From the NCBI RefSeq assembly GCF_009914755.1, contig NC_060941.1: a stretch of DNA of 64,000 nucleotides. One strand, 5' to 3'. A program made the position numbers and the translations under genes. The notes below the pieces were generated by a model. It worked only from the letters and a program-made list of their open reading frames with translations, did no database searches and had not been told where the DNA came from. Source of the stretch: the human T2T-CHM13v2.0 reference genome, Homo sapiens. Each line of letters starts with the position of its first letter. Within the stretch, counting starts at the first letter, position 1. This document shows positions 1 to 13,155 of this stretch, piece by piece.

Positions 1-124
1 TCTCCTTCCCCAACCATGTATGTGATACATTCATTCTCTAGGATTGGAAATTCCCAGAAAGCTGTGTCAGCAATGAGATTTGTTTCATTGTTTTGCCTTG
101 TTTTGTCATTGAGTTGTTATAGTT

Positions 125-668
125 AAAGTTTATTATTTTTTAATGCAGAAAAAAGTGACTTTTGGGGGAGTGCAGAGTTCTATGAATTTTTAACACATGT
201 CTAGTTATTTGACCACAACCGTAATCAAGATACAGAACAGTTTTATCATTTCAAGTGCTCTCCTGCTATGCTTTTATAACACACCCTTCCCCACCCCAAC
301 TCCTGGCAATTACTGCTCTATTCTCCGTAACTGTAGTTTTGCCTTTTCGAGAATATCATATAAATAATCATGTATTATGTAACATTCTGAGACAGGCTTC
401 TTTCACCCAGCATAATGCCTTTGAGATTCATCCAGATCGTTGTGTGTATCAGTAGTTTGTTTTTATTACTGGGTTATAGTTCATTGTATGGATATACCAC
501 AGTTTCTTTAGCCATTCACCCACTGAAAGTCATTTGGGTTGTTTCTAGGCTTTGGTGATTATGAATAAAGCTGCTATCAACATCCACGTATTGGTTTTTG
601 TGTGAACATAAGTATTCATTTCTCTAGATGAAATACCCACAAGTAGGATTTCTTGATTTTGTGATATA
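125..668 (-). mobile_element. Old L1 (L1MB/L1ME-type) 3' region, first piece
   Basis: Antisense L1 3' motifs (ttcacccagcataatgcctttgagattcatcca, atgaataaagctgctat); continues at ~1195 after an MLT1 insertion. Confidence 0.8.
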
Positions 669-669
669 T

Positions 670-1194
670 ATGTTTTCTATTGTTGCCCTTTAAAATTACA
701 TGAATTTAGTGACTTAAGCATTACAAATTTATTATCTTACAGTTTTGTAGGTCAGAAAGGTCTTAATGGGCTAAATTCAAATTATCAGCAGGGTTGTATT
801 TCTTTCTGGTGGCCGTCAGAGAGAATCCATTTAGGTTCAGTTCCTTGAGGTCATAGAACTTGCCTTTTGACCCCCTTTATCCACCTGCAAAGCCAGCAAT
901 GGCCAGTCAAGTCCAGTCCCTTCATGTACATCTCTTTCTAACCCTTCTCTCATCCTCTCTGAACTTTCTTCCATTGTCATATCTCTCTCTCTGACCCAAC
1001 CATGAAAGGTTATCTGCTTCTAAGAATTCTTGCTTAGATTGGGTTCACCATGATAAAATTCAGGATAATTTCACCATTTCAAAGTTCATCTCTTAATCAC
1101 ATCTGCAAAATCCCTTTTGCTTTTCAAGGTAACATCTTCATGTGATCTGGAAATTAGGGTATGAGCATTTGTAGGGGAGAATGTTATTCTGCCT
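670..1194 (-). mobile_element. MLT1 (MLT1D/E-like) ERVL-MaLR solo LTR nested in L1
   Basis: caaatttattatcttacagttttgtaggtcagaa and taatcacatctgcaaaatcccttttgc...aaggtaaca are MLT1 antisense motifs. Confidence 0.75.
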
Positions 1195-1575
1195 GCTTAT
1201 CTTTTCAAGAAACTTCCAAGCTGTTTTCTAGAATGGCTGTAGCATTTAATATTCCCATCGGCTGTGTATGAGAGTTCCAGTTGCTCCATGCCCTTGTCAA
1301 CACTTGGTACTGTCAGTATTTTTTATTTTAACCTTTCTCATGGGTATGTAGTGGTATTTCATCATGGTTTAAATTTGCATTCTTCTCATGGCTAAAGATG
1401 TTGAACAACATTTCATCTGCTTATTTGTCATCTGTTTATCCTCTTTGATGAAATTTCTGTTCAAATATTTTGCCCATTTTTTTAAACTGGGTTGTTTTCT
1501 TGCTGCTGGGTTTTAAGAGTTCTTTATTCTGGATACAAGTCCTTTGTCAGATATGTGATTTTCAAATATTTTCTT
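1195..1575 (-). mobile_element. Old L1 ORF2 C-terminal remnant, second piece
   Basis: gtatgagagttccagttgctcca, ttctggatacaagtcctttgtcagata: antisense L1 ORF2 end. Confidence 0.8.
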
Positions 1576-1853
1576 GTCTAAATTCAACTTTTCCATATTT
1601 CACCTATATACCAGTTTACACACATACAACTTCCCTGCACCTCAGGTTCTGTTTAGGTTGGCCTAGACCACAGAGTGATCTGATTTGGGTTTCTAAGCCA
1701 GGGTTTTCAGATCTAAGAATGGCTCTGCCTTCTCCAAGTTATAGTAGATCCCAGATATCTACCTATCACAATTCACTCCATTCCTATATTCCTCTTAGAT
1801 AATGCAACTTTTAATCTATTAAAAAATGTCATTTATAAGATCACAGGATTTTA

Positions 1854-1996
<143 letters not shown>

Positions 1997-2559
1997 TGGC
2001 ATCTGCAACTCCTTTCACACTAATGACCCTACATTCCAACAAACATTTTTTGAGTGTGGATGTGGCCTTCATAAGAGAACCATTAGGGGAGTCAAATGAC
2101 AGGAAGTCAAAATGAACTGGGAGGAAATTTGAGAACACTGCAGAGTAGTTCCTAAGCATGGGGAGAGACCTCTATACCACTGAATTATATAGATGTATAG
2201 ATACCAAATCTGCTTGGAACAGTGTGATTTTTGAAATCTAAAGACACCTGCTGATGCTCATAGCAGAAATGCTGAAAATTAAGCAGAGAGTGGAAATTTT
2301 ATTGCAAGCCTTCTGGAAATTTTTGTCTATGTCTGTATAATAAGGCAGCAATCTGGAGCTGTCTTGAGAATTAACTTCAAGAATCTAAAGTTGACAGAAA
2401 CCAGCCCAGGCTATTTGAAAATCATTCTCTTACTGCACCAAGCAGAGGAGTTTATCAGTCAGAAACCCTGCAGGAAATAGGATCCATCACAGATGGTCCA
2501 AATGAAGGCGCTGCTCATAGATATGTGGTGAGGGGTCAAAGAACAAGCAAGTGATGGTG

Positions 2560-2957
2560 AAGCACCCAAAAACTAGCAGGAGGCTGGAAGCTATCTCTCT
2601 GCTTTTAGAGTCGGGGGACAAAGGGGAACATAATGTCACTGGAAACCACTGAAAATGAGACCGTGGAGGATCAGGCACCCTGCCAGAGCTGTAGTTGCAG
2701 AGGGATGCAGCTAGTATTGGAATATAGTGTCAAAGCAAGAAGGATAGAAAGAGATGAGGCCATCCCAATCTCACTCCCTCCTTTGTCTCTCCCATCCTCC
2801 CTTCTGCTTTAGAGCTTCCCATTGCTAGAAGGAAGCCAACCCAAAAGCATTCAGCAGGAGAGCCCAGGGGAGACAATCTATAGGTCTCTACTTCCTCCTG
2901 AGGCACAGACAAGATCACAGATGGAACTGAGAGGCAGGTGGGGAATAATTGGCACAG
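2560..2957 (-). mobile_element. Old ERVL LTR (LTR33-like)
   Basis: cccattg...ggagagcccaggggagacaatctataggtc...ggaataattggcaca resembles antisense LTR33 end. Confidence 0.5.
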
Positions 2958-3089
2958 GAGTAATCCAGTGATTCCTGACGCATGTGCAAGAGGAGGTCTG
3001 CTATCTGAGAAAGATGAGTATGGGTGAGTAAACAAACCATTCATTTTTTGATGGGTAATTATCGCCCACCTTCTAGGGGCACAGATGCT

Positions 3090-3560
3090 GCCCATGGATG
3101 AGATACACAGTTCTTATTCTCACAGAGCTTACAGCCAGTCAAGTGAAGCAGAGAAGAAGGCAAACTCAGCACAGGGGAGGAAGTAAGTGTGACAGACGCA
3201 CATAGTGGAAGCATGTAACTCAGGAAAGAGTGGTCTGCGAGGGCTTTTTGGAGGAAGTTATGCCTCAACAGAAATGTAAATGATTCGTAGATATTGACGA
3301 GGCATGTGGAGAAGAGGAAAGGTGAGAGAGCCTCCTGAGTAATGTCAGGGTGATGAGACAGAGTGATGCTGTGGGGTTCAGTGTAACCATGTAAACAGAG
3401 CACATCTTCAGGTGGGCAACCAGGTGGGGACAGTAGGAATAACCTGAAATAACTCTGGAGAAGTAAGCAGGGCTCAGATGCCAAAAGGCCTCATAAGCTA
3501 TGTTAAAAAATCTGGACATTCCCCTAAGAGTAAGGGTGAGGCACAAAAGATCTTAAGTAC
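3090..3560 (-). mobile_element. L2 remnant (resumes ~4155-4230)
   Basis: ctcacagagcttacag, ggctttttggaggaagt, cagggctcagatgccaaaaggcctcataagctatgttaa. Confidence 0.6.
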
Positions 3561-3562
3561 GG

Positions 3563-4152
3563 TGTGATCATTAATTTTATGTGTCAGTTTTACTGTGTTG
3601 AGGGATACCCAGATAGCTAGTAAAACATTATTTCTAGGTGTGTCTGTGAGGGTGTTTCTGAAAAAGATTAGCATTTGAATCAGTAGACCCAATGAAGATC
3701 TGCCCTCAGCAATGTGGGTGAATATCATCCAATCCACTGAGGGCTTGAACAGAGCAAAGGCAGAGGAAGGGAGAATCCTCTCTCCCTCTTCTTGAGATGG
3801 GACATCATTCTTCTTCCCTCAGACATAATATTTCCTGGTTTTGGGGCCTTGAGACTCAGATTGGGCCTTCCACCAGCCCCACCCTCACCCTATCCCCACC
3901 TCCCCACTTAGTTCTCAGGCCTCAGAAGAGAGTCTCATCATTGGCCCCCACCAGTTCTCAGGACATCAGACTGGGACCAAATTACACCCCTGCTTTCCTG
4001 GTTCTCCAGCTTACAGAGGCATCTCCTGGAACTTCTTAGCCTCTGTCATCACACAAACCAATTCCCATAATAAATTCCCTCTTATCTCTGTACCTATAAT
4101 GATACATATGAAGATACTGGTTCTGTTTCTCTGGAGAACCCTGACTGAAACA
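3563..4152 (+). mobile_element. MLT2 (MLT2B-like) ERVL solo LTR
   Basis: TG...CA termini; tgtgatcattaattttatgtgtca start, ctggttctgtttctctggagaaccctgact end. Confidence 0.9.
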
Positions 4153-4249
4153 CAGGGCAATGGCATAATAAGATTTGTTTTTAAAAACTCCCAGGTGTAG
4201 AGGACAGCTGGGCAAGGAACAAGAGTGGAGGAAATTTTCAGACTGGTCC

Positions 4250-4410
4250 CTTCTCTGGCTGTAACACCCTGGCCAAGTGTCTCAACCTCCCTAAGCCTAG
4301 CGCCCTCACCTGTTCAACAGCAATAATCAGGCCTGTCTTGCCTACCTCACTAGATTATTGCAAGCAGTGAAGGGACGTGAACAGGCTCTGGCAACCAGAA
4401 AGCACAGTCA
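4250..4410 (+). mobile_element. MIR remnant
   Basis: ggccaagtgtctcaacctccctaagcct...cctacctcac core. Confidence 0.55.
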
Positions 4411-5149
4411 TAATTCCAAATAACATGATGAAAAGAAAATGTGGCTGATATTGTTAATTTCCCAAGGAAATCTGTGTAGTCCTCTGACTCATTTTGCAAA
4501 GACTGGAGAGGAAATGGAGAAGGAAGCACACCAGAGCCAACACTTTGAAAGGAGGTTGTTCATTCCATCACTTTCGAAATGGAGATTCTGTCCTCCTGGC
4601 TGTGTGGCACATGATTGCTGTCCAATAAACAGGAATTGATGAATGGCTGAGTGAGGCTTTGTTTTGTTTTCATTTTTCAAACTCTTATGACTGCAGAGGG
4701 GAAAACTAAATCAATGCCATATGCCTGTAAAAATCCCTCTGACATCTTTTATTGTAATGGAAGATGACAATGGTTATCAGAGCAGAAGGAACATGCCTGA
4801 GTGAAAGTAAATACCAAACACCTTTTGGGAAACAAAGCACCTCCTGGTGACCTTTGCAGCTGTTCCACTCCCTAAATTATGGCAACCTGGAGTTGTCTAA
4901 TGACAGTCTAACCAGGATTTCCTCTTGTTTTCAAATGTGTGCGTCCTCCCTCTCCCTGGGTTGTGCAGAATTTTAAATGTCACAGTAATCACATTTTTCC
5001 CGAGGATAACATGAAATATCATTGGAGCTTAATGGAGATGAACAAATGATCAAATTCAGATGTTGGTGATATATCATGTTAGAGGAATGAGATCTATTCC
5101 ACAAGCTGCAAAGCCTCTAAATTTTGTTAACACAAATAAGAAATAAAGT

Positions 5150-5315
5150 AGCAAAAGCTACTATTTCTGAGTCCCTACCATGCACCCCACCCTGTTCCAA
5201 GTACTTTACACCTATCATCTCATTTAATCCTGACGGTTCTTCAGCGTGGGCATTATTGTCCCCATTTAACACATAAATTCAGATAAATTCATTGAACTAT
5301 TTAAAGCCACATGGC
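5150..5315 (-). mobile_element. MIR
   Basis: atctcatttaatcct...attattgtccccattt. Confidence 0.65.
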
Positions 5316-5344
5316 ATGTGGTTTTGTGAATGTCCCCCATTCAA

Positions 5345-5497
5345 GCTATATGGCCTTAATAAAGTTACTTACCTGCTGTCAGCCTCATCTGCAGAATGCA
5401 AATATCAAAGACCTCTCACTCATAAGATTGTGAAGGATTACATTAAATAAGTTATGTGTAGCACTTAAGTACAGTGCCTGCTATACTGCAATCACTT
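5345..5497 (+). mobile_element. MIR interrupted by MLT2
   Basis: cctcatctgcagaatg...gattgtgaaggatta...gcacttaagtacagtgcctg. Confidence 0.65.
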
Positions 5498-5499
5498 AC

Positions 5500-5968
5500 T
5501 GTATTAGTCAGAATTCTCCAGAGAACCAATAGGAGATATATAGATTTGTTTTATACATATAAGGAGATTTATTGTAAGGAATTGGTTCACATGATTAAAG
5601 AGGCTGTGAATTCCCATGACCTGCTATCTGCAAGCTACAGTAGACTCCAAAGAGCTAGTGGTATAGTGTCAGTATGAGTCTGAAGGCCTAAGAACCAGGA
5701 CAGCTGAGGTCCAGTTCAAGTGCAGGAGAAGATCAATGTTCCAGCTCAAAAACAGAGAGAAAGAAATCTTTCTTACTCAGCTTTTATTCATCCAGACCTT
5801 CAATGGAGGAAGAGGCCTAACCCATACTGGGGAGGAAAATCTGTTTTACTCATTCTATCCATTCAAATATTAATCTCACCCAGAAATACCCTCACAGACA
5901 CACCCAGAAATGTTTAATAGGATATCTGGGCACTCTGTGCCCCAGTCAAGTTGACATATAAAATCACA
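5500..5968 (-). mobile_element. MLT2 ERVL solo LTR
   Basis: tgtattagtcagaattctccagaga start; accctcacagacacacccagaaat...cagtcaagttgacatataaaatcaca end. Confidence 0.9.
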
Positions 5969-6472
5969 CTAAATAGTGCCTTATTAGCAATATTATTGTG
6001 ATTGTTATTATTGTAGATCTGGTATTTTACATCTGTCTAGCCCTTTCCACATTGCCCGAAACCAAAACCAATCATCAGTATAATCATAATGAAATCAAAG
6101 CTACATATAATTTTTTTCTTCCCTTAGGAAATTTTTCAACATCTTGCACATTTAATTCATGGCAAGAGTTACTACCACTGGGACTATTTAATACTCTTGG
6201 GGAAAAGTGGAAATATATGATAGCAATTCAGAAATAAAGGAATGTCTCATATTGATTCCTAGAGCATGGAAAAAAAAATAAAGGAGGGGGCCTAATTAAC
6301 AGCTTCTTGCCAACCCTTCAGACTAGACCTGTGAGTATAGGTAACCAAGCAAAGAAGAGCTTAGACCATGAACTAAAAGAAAGCACATCCTTGGGCTGCA
6401 GGCATCTCATTAGACTCTCCTATATAAAACTGAACAAAAATGAGTTCAAATCTGAAGGCAAAAAGCTATATA

Positions 6473-6887
6473 CAGTTGATCCTTGAACAACATGAATTTG
6501 AACTGCATGGGTCCACATATACATGGATTTTCTCCTACTTCTGCTACCCATGAGATAGCAAGACCAACCCCTCCTTTTCCTCCTCTTCCTCTTCCTCTCC
6601 CTATTCAATATGAAGATGATGAAGATGAAGATCTTTATTATGATCCACTTCCACTTAATGAGTAGTAAATGTATTTTATCTTATGATTTTCTTAATGTTT
6701 TCTTTTCTCTAGCTTATTTTGTTGTAAGAATATAGTATAAACTATATGTTACATACAAAATATGTGTTAATCAACTTTATGTTATCAGTGTGTTATTATC
6801 AGACTCAAAAGTTATATGTGGATTTCTGACTGCAGCAGTGTGGCGAGATTGGCACCCCTAACACTAGCATCATTCAAGGGTCAACTG
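6473..6887. mobile_element. Tigger2a (TcMar-Tigger MITE)
   Basis: TIRs cagttgatccttgaa / ttcaagggtcaactg, TA duplications at 6471-72 and 6888-89, internal gaagatgatgaagatgaagatctttat motif. Confidence 0.9.
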
Positions 6888-6994
6888 TATATATCTATAC
6901 CACAAAATATTCCATGGAATTTTCCTTGACTCAAACCGATATCTCATTTACTAAGGTGCCCACTTTCTACCCACCACCTCCATGTCTGGTGGTG

Positions 6995-7190
6995 GAGTGA
7001 GAAAGAGCTGAGCTTGACATGAAGCCCTGCCACATACTAGCTTTGTTACCTTGAGCTAAATACTCATCTCTGAGCTGCAGGTGCCTCCTCCATTGGGCAC
7101 AAAACCAACTCAACAGAGTCATTATGAAGGTTAAGGAGGTGCCTGGCTCTATGTCTGGCACATGATAAGACCGTCGTAAATGTGAGCTTT
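6995..7190 (+). mobile_element. MIR
   Basis: ctgccacatactagctttgttaccttgagc...gtctggcacatgataag. Confidence 0.6.
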
Positions 7191-7524
7191 CTTCCACTCT
7201 CTTCCTCTCACCTCCATAAGGAAAAAGTAGTAATATTTTCTTAAATAGCTACTGTTTGGGGACAACTGAAAGATGCCATTTGTTCTTCTTTGCATAAGGA
7301 GAAACCTAGAACTAAAAGAACTATAGGAACTTTCAAGTCCACTGGTCATCAAACGATACTCTGTGAAGCCTTGTTGGGGAGTTTGAGGTTGGGTGAGATT
7401 TCTGTCCCTGTTCACCCCTACACTTCAACCTGAGTTCTTTTTACTTGCTTTATGTATGTATTTAAGACCTTGCTTTAACAAAGGAATCCCCAGAAAATAA
7501 TTGCAAACCACCAGTCTAAAGAAT

Positions 7525-7645
7525 TACAATTTAGAGATGAGGAAATGGAGACTTTACAGGTAAGGCAACCAACTCTACAATCATTTGAAACAGAATCAGA
7601 ATTGAAAGGCTGGTTTCTGAACTCTGAGACCACCATGCTTTCTGT
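7525..7645 (-). mobile_element. MIR
   Basis: agatgaggaaatggagac core. Confidence 0.55.
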
Positions 7646-8539
7646 CATTAAGCTGTAACACCTCACTATTACCAGTGTGGGAACAATAATGTGATATGAC
7701 AGAAAGCCTCCCTCATCACAGAGAAACTTAGGTTTGGCTCAGGTTTACTGAGGGGAGTTTCCCATGAAGAGACTTAAGACAAGAGGAAAGACCATTTTAG
7801 GCATATCTCAGAGGTCAAGGTGGATAGCACCTGCTCTGTATGGCCTATAGAAGTCAAAATTCCTTTTAGATTCCTATTCCAAGACTTCATCCTACATCAT
7901 GTCAACTGACACAAAACAATCCATTTTTTACTTTCTGCTACAAGAGCTGAGTATACTTCAATTCACTAACATTTGGGGGAATGGAGGTGGAGACAGATGC
8001 AGGTTCACTTTGCTAAACTCATAACATTACTCTATCACACTAGCAACCTATGCTTCTTAACCTTTCACCTTTGTTTCTTCTCAGCTCCTTCATCTGATTG
8101 TCACATAAGACTCTAAATTCTTCTGCTACTTTGCAGACTTATCTAGTTTTTCTACCATTCTTGAATATTCAGAACTACCAAGGTGCTTAGCAATTTGAAA
8201 AAGTCCTCATGCTATCAATAATCAGCCTTCTTAGAATGTAGTTGTAATTATAGGTACAAATTTTTTAAATAAATCTTAAATTAAATTGTATTCTATTATA
8301 GGAAAAACAGAGTCACCTATGATACAATGAGAGGATAAAGCAGTAATGCTGAATTTTTCCTACTCAAATTTCACCTTCCCTTTGGAGTGCTGTCACAATT
8401 CTTTTGCTGATATCTCATTCAGGCCCTGGAAAATGTTATTTTCACCTTAAAATTCACAGCCCAAGCCTGAACTGCATCCCTCTCCTTGGTTCCCATAAGA
8501 AGCACAGAGAAAGGGAAATTTAATTTTTAAGATAATTAA

Positions 8540-11077
8540 ATAGCATCTGAAATGGTGGACTAAGTAGTTCAAACCAACACTCCCACTGAAGACAATTAGA
8601 AAATCCGGACTTAAAAATAATCGCTAAAGTCATTGGAAAGCTGAAAAGGCAATGAGAAATGCTAAGACTGATATCTGAAAGAAGATGGAAACCAATAGAG
8701 ATAAGTTAAACATTTGAGCCTATTTACCCTTAGGGTATCTGCTGATTCTAGAAGGGGTGAGTAAGGGTATGAGTTACTGAACAGAAATTTTAACAGATTC
8801 ATTAGCGTTAAAGAGACAAAAGTAGGAGGAGTCCAGAGCCCACCAAAGGGGTACTGATAAATCTTTGGAACTTTAAAGGCTCAACATCCTATGAGTAAGG
8901 GTAAAGTGGAAGATTAACCCTTGCAGAAACTGAAGACAAGATTAAAATCATTTCAGTCCCTGAAACTGGATCAATATAACTCAAAGATTCTAGTGCCCCT
9001 ACTTATCTTCCATAAATAAACACAAATTATCTTTTTCTTTTTTCTTAATTTTCATACTACCATATCCAGCAGGTGGTAAAAAGAAACCAAGCACATGAGA
9101 AGACAAGGCAAGAATCAAGAGAAAACAGCAAAAAGAGAGTTCTAGATAATGGAATTATTAGTCACAAACTTTAGCAATTCTTATAAAGGAGATAAAAGAC
9201 GAAATTCGAGATTTTGGCAGATAATTGGAAACCACAGAAAAGGGGATACTTTAGAGCTAAAAGATATAACCAAAATTAAGAACTCCATGATGTGTTTAAC
9301 AGCAGTTAGGCACAACTTAAAACAGGGAAATGGAAGAAAACATCCAGAATTATGCAAGAAGGAACAAAAGAATAAAAATACAGAAGAGACTAAAGGGCAT
9401 ATGAAGTACAGTGAGAATATGAAGTACAATGAGAAGGGATAACGTATAATTTGAGTCTCAGAATATACAGAGGGAAATAATGGGTTAGAAAAAATATTTG
9501 AATATACATTGACTGAATTCTTACCAAAACTGATGTAATATATTAAGCCATAAATTCAAGAGTGCTTACAAACCCCAAGTAGGATAAATACAAAGAAAGC
9601 CACATCTAGACACATCATAGTAAAACTTCTAATAAACAAAGACAAAAAGAAAATATTGAAAGCAGACAGAAAAAAAAAGACCACTTACCATGTCAACAGA
9701 AATAATAAGAGACAAAAAACAATAGAATTACTCCTACAAAGTGCTAAGGAAAACAACAACAACAAAAAAAAACATTGCCAACTTAGAATTCTATGTCTGG
9801 CAATAATGGCTTTTAAGAACAAAGATAAAATGAAAACTTTTTTAGACAACAAAAGTCAAGAGAATTGAAGAGACCCATGTTAAAGGAAGTTTTTAAGAAA
9901 CAAGTTACTCCAAATGAAGCTTAAAGATGAAAGAAAGAATAAAAATCAAATAAAAGAATAAATATGTGATTAGAGTTCAATGAATATTGACTGTAAAAAG
10001 CAATAATGATTACATCTCATAGAGTTTTAAATATCTCTAAACCTATTGATAGGCAGCAACAATAGCATATAAGTCAAAAGGAGGGTAGACTTCAAATATT
10101 CTAATGTCCTTGCACTTTACATAAAGAGGGTAAAAACTACCAAGCAGCATTAGCCTTTAATGGGTAATGGATGAATGTTGTAATCTCTCAATCAACCACC
10201 ATAAAGTTAGTAAAAGTAAAAAAATGGAAAATTCAACTAACATAAAATAAGACAAGAGGCTAGGCACAGTGGCTCATGCCTGTAAACCCAGCACTTTAGG
10301 AGGCTGAGGTGGGAGGATTGCTTGAGCCCAGGAGTTCAAGACCAGCCCGGGCAAGACAGCAAGACCCAGTCTCTATAAAAAATAAATAATAAATAAGAAG
10401 ACAAGAAACAAGAAATATGTACATACATTGGTTGGCATAAGTAGAAAGCTCATGTTAAAATGACAGATTCAAGCCAAATATATCAGCAATTGATTAAATG
10501 TAACTGGACTAAATGCCTCAATTGTAGGCAAAGATTGTCAGACTTTATAATTCAACAAAGGTCAACTATAACTGTGACTCTTGTTCACAAGAGTCATTTC
10601 AACATGGAGATATTGTAAAAGGATATAAAAAGCAAATGAATTTTAAGAGATATACAGTGCAAAGAAAAACTGAAAGAAAGGTAGTATCACTAAATTAACA
10701 GAGAAAAGTATACTTGAAGGCCAAAATTGTCACAAATGAATAAAAGAGAAACTTCATAATAAAAAATGGTTTAATTTGCCAGGTAGCTGTGGCAATTATA
10801 CATTTATGTGAACCAAATAATATACAAGCTTATGTTATTATTTCAATATCTCACTAAGAGTTTTTCATCATACCTTGCAGTATAAGCAGACAAAAATAAT
10901 CAGAAAAAGTTATGGACAATCTGAACAACACATTTATAAATGTGACTTAATTGTTATCCTACTTAACAACTGTAAAATACACTTTTTTTTTCAAATACAC
11001 ATGAAGTAGTTATAAAACTTGACCATATTCTGGGTCATAACACAATTCTCAACCAATGTCAAAGAACTGAAATCACC
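8540..11077 (+). mobile_element. Ancient L1 (L1ME/L1M5-type) 5' part: 5'UTR, decayed ORF1 and ORF2 endonuclease
   Basis: ORF1 remnant accccaagtaggataaatacaaagaaagccacatctagacacatcatagtaaaactt (TPSRINTKK.T.RHIIVKL); EN remnants taaatgtaactggactaaatgc (LNV.GLNA) and gaccatattctgggtcataa (DHILGH). Confidence 0.8.
10258..10397 (+). mobile_element. FLAM_C (free left Alu monomer)
   Basis: Left monomer only, A tail, TSD aagacaaga at 10249-10257 and 10398-10406. Confidence 0.85.
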
Positions 11078-11545
11078 TCATCTGACAAATGATGATTTTA
11101 TTTCTTCCTTTATAATTGTATAACTTTTATTACTTTTTCTAGCCTTATTAAGTTGCTTAGTGAATTATTGAAAAGAGGTTGTAGAGGGCAAGTTTGTTAC
11201 ATTCCCAATCTCAAAGAGAAAATGTGACATATTATTTATAACCAGAAGAGAAATTTAATTTTTACTATTTTTTAAAAAGTTATTATCATAATGTATAACA
11301 CATGCACAAGTGTACCAAATATAAATATGCCATTCAGTGAATCATCACAAAGAAAACACTTGTATAAGCATCACACAGGAGAAATAGAACTTTCTAGCAC
11401 CCTTGAAGTCCCCTTGAGCTCTTCCTTTTCTCCAAGGTAACCAGTATCCTAACTTCTGAAAGTATGTATTCCTTTCGTGTGCTTTTAAACTTTATGTAGA
11501 TGGAATCATACATATGTATTCTTTTACCTGGCTTTAAAAAACTCA
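11078..11545 (-). mobile_element. Old L1 antisense fragments (ORF2 piece plus L1ME 3' end)
   Basis: atttcttcctttataatt...cccaatctcaaagagaa; aaggtaaccagtatcctaacttct...atggaatcataca. Confidence 0.6.
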
Positions 11546-11827
11546 TTGCAACATCAGAAAAATATAAGCTGAGGAGTATTCTTTAAAGTAATCTCTAGTC
11601 TTCAAGTGTGTTAACATCATAAACGTCAGGGGAAAACTGAGGAATTATTCCAGAGCAAAGGAAGCTAAAGAGACCTAACTAATAAATGTTTTCTTGGATT
11701 AGCTCCTGGACCTATGCAGATATTATTGGAACAATAGGCAAAAATTGAAGGGGGTCTGTGGATTAGATGGTATTATTGTACTAATGTTAATTTCTAGATT
11801 TTGGTGATACTTTGGTTGTATGAAAGA

Positions 11828-12122
11828 TTGTTTGTTTGTTTGTTGAGATGGGGTCTCGCTCTGTCACCCAGGCTGAGTGCCGTGGTACCATCACAGCTCA
11901 CTGCAGCCTTGACCTCCTGGGCCCGAGCCATCCTGCCACCTCAGCCTCCTGAGTAGCTGGGATACAGGCGCATGCCACCAGGCCAGGATAATTTTTGTAT
12001 TTTTTGTAGAGATGAGGTCTTGCTTCATTGCTGAGGCTGGTCTAGAACTCCTGGGCTCAAATAATCTGCCCATCTCGGCCTCCCAAGGTGCTGGAATTAC
12101 AGGCATGAACCACCACCTGGCC
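11828..12122 (-). mobile_element. AluJ
   Basis: Full dimer; J-type cacagctcactgcagccttgacctcctggg; (CAAA)n tail. Confidence 0.92.
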
Positions 12123-12126
12123 ACTA

Positions 12127-12325
12127 TTTTCTTCTTCTTCTTTTTCTTCTTCTTCTTCTTCTTCTTCTTCTTCTTCTTCTTCTTCTTCTTCTTCTTCTCC
12201 TTCTCCTTCTCCTTCTCCTTCTCCTTCTCCTTCTCCTTCTCCTTCTCCTTCTCCTTCTCCTTCTCCTTCTCCTCCTCCTCCTCCTCCTCCTTCTCCTCCT
12301 CCTTCTCCTTCTTCTTCTTCTTCTC
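12127..12325. repeat. Compound (TTC)n(TCCTTC)n(TCC)n pure-pyrimidine tract, 199 bp
   Basis: No purine on + strand; (TTC)18, (TCCTTC)12, (TCC)7 blocks. Confidence 0.98.
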
Positions 12326-12559
12326 ATACTGAAGTATTACAAAGCCATGGGGCATTATGTGTGCAACTTGCTCTCAAGTGGGGTGTGTGTACGTGTGTGT
12401 GTGTGCACATAGAGAGGAAAAGAGAATAGAAATTATAAGGTACATGAAGTAAAATGTTAATAAGGAATCTCTGTGGAGAATATATGAGGTCTTTATATTA
12501 TTTCAAAATGAAAATGAAAATAAAGCATTATAACATGAGCAACTTCCAATGGTATTAAA

Positions 12560-12990
12560 AATTCACCTGCCTTCAAGGTGTTCATAGTCAAAGACCGGAG
12601 TGGAGAGAGCAGATGAGTACTGGGCAGTGACATCTGAGGACAACTACTCTGATAGGGCAAAGCACTTACTGTGTGTGCCAGGACCACAGAGGAGACAGAC
12701 TCAACGCATCCACTCAGGGCATGGAGGCTTCCTCACAGAATTAATGGTTGACCCAAGCCTTACAGGAGGTCATAATCTGGAGAAAGACGAAAAGGGTGAA
12801 CTGAGCAGAGGAACGTCATGTTTAAAGGCACGGAGAAAGGAGAGAATCTGGTGAGTTTGGGAAGCTGTAAATGGCTGTCCATGGCTGGGACCCAGGATCC
12901 ATGTGTGGAGGCACCAGAGCATGAAGCAGCCTGGACTTTATCCTGAAGATGATGGTGCATAACAGGGTGTTAGATCTAGAGTGGACATAA
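12560..12990 (-). mobile_element. L2 remnant
   Basis: cctgccttcaaggtgttcatagtc, ggaggcttcct, gcagaggaacgtcatgtttaaaggcacggag, ggactttatcctgaag. Confidence 0.65.
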
Positions 12991-13155
12991 CAATTACTAC
13001 GCCAACCCCTTCCATATATCCTCTGTGAAACAGAGCTTTTACCACCACTATGCAATTACTTGTCTACAAACCCTCCACGTGATTGCTGACACTGAACCAT
13101 ACATTAATTTATGACCACAAATATAAATGAAAAAATTAGCTTGGGATAAATGCAA

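Larger units (their letters stand above)
11550..12520 (+). mobile_element. L1MC4/5-type 3' end split by AluJ and a simple repeat
   Basis: aaactgaggaattattccag, ggattagatggtattattgtactaatgttaattt, atactgaagtatt...gcaacttgctctcaa. Confidence 0.7.

Noticed and set aside
6483-6665. Acidic, proline-rich 60-aa ORF
   Set aside because: Internal Tigger2a sequence.
11891-12355. Poly-K/E, poly-R and poly-F/S ORFs
   Set aside because: Translations of the TTC/TCC tract and the adjacent Alu; not genes.
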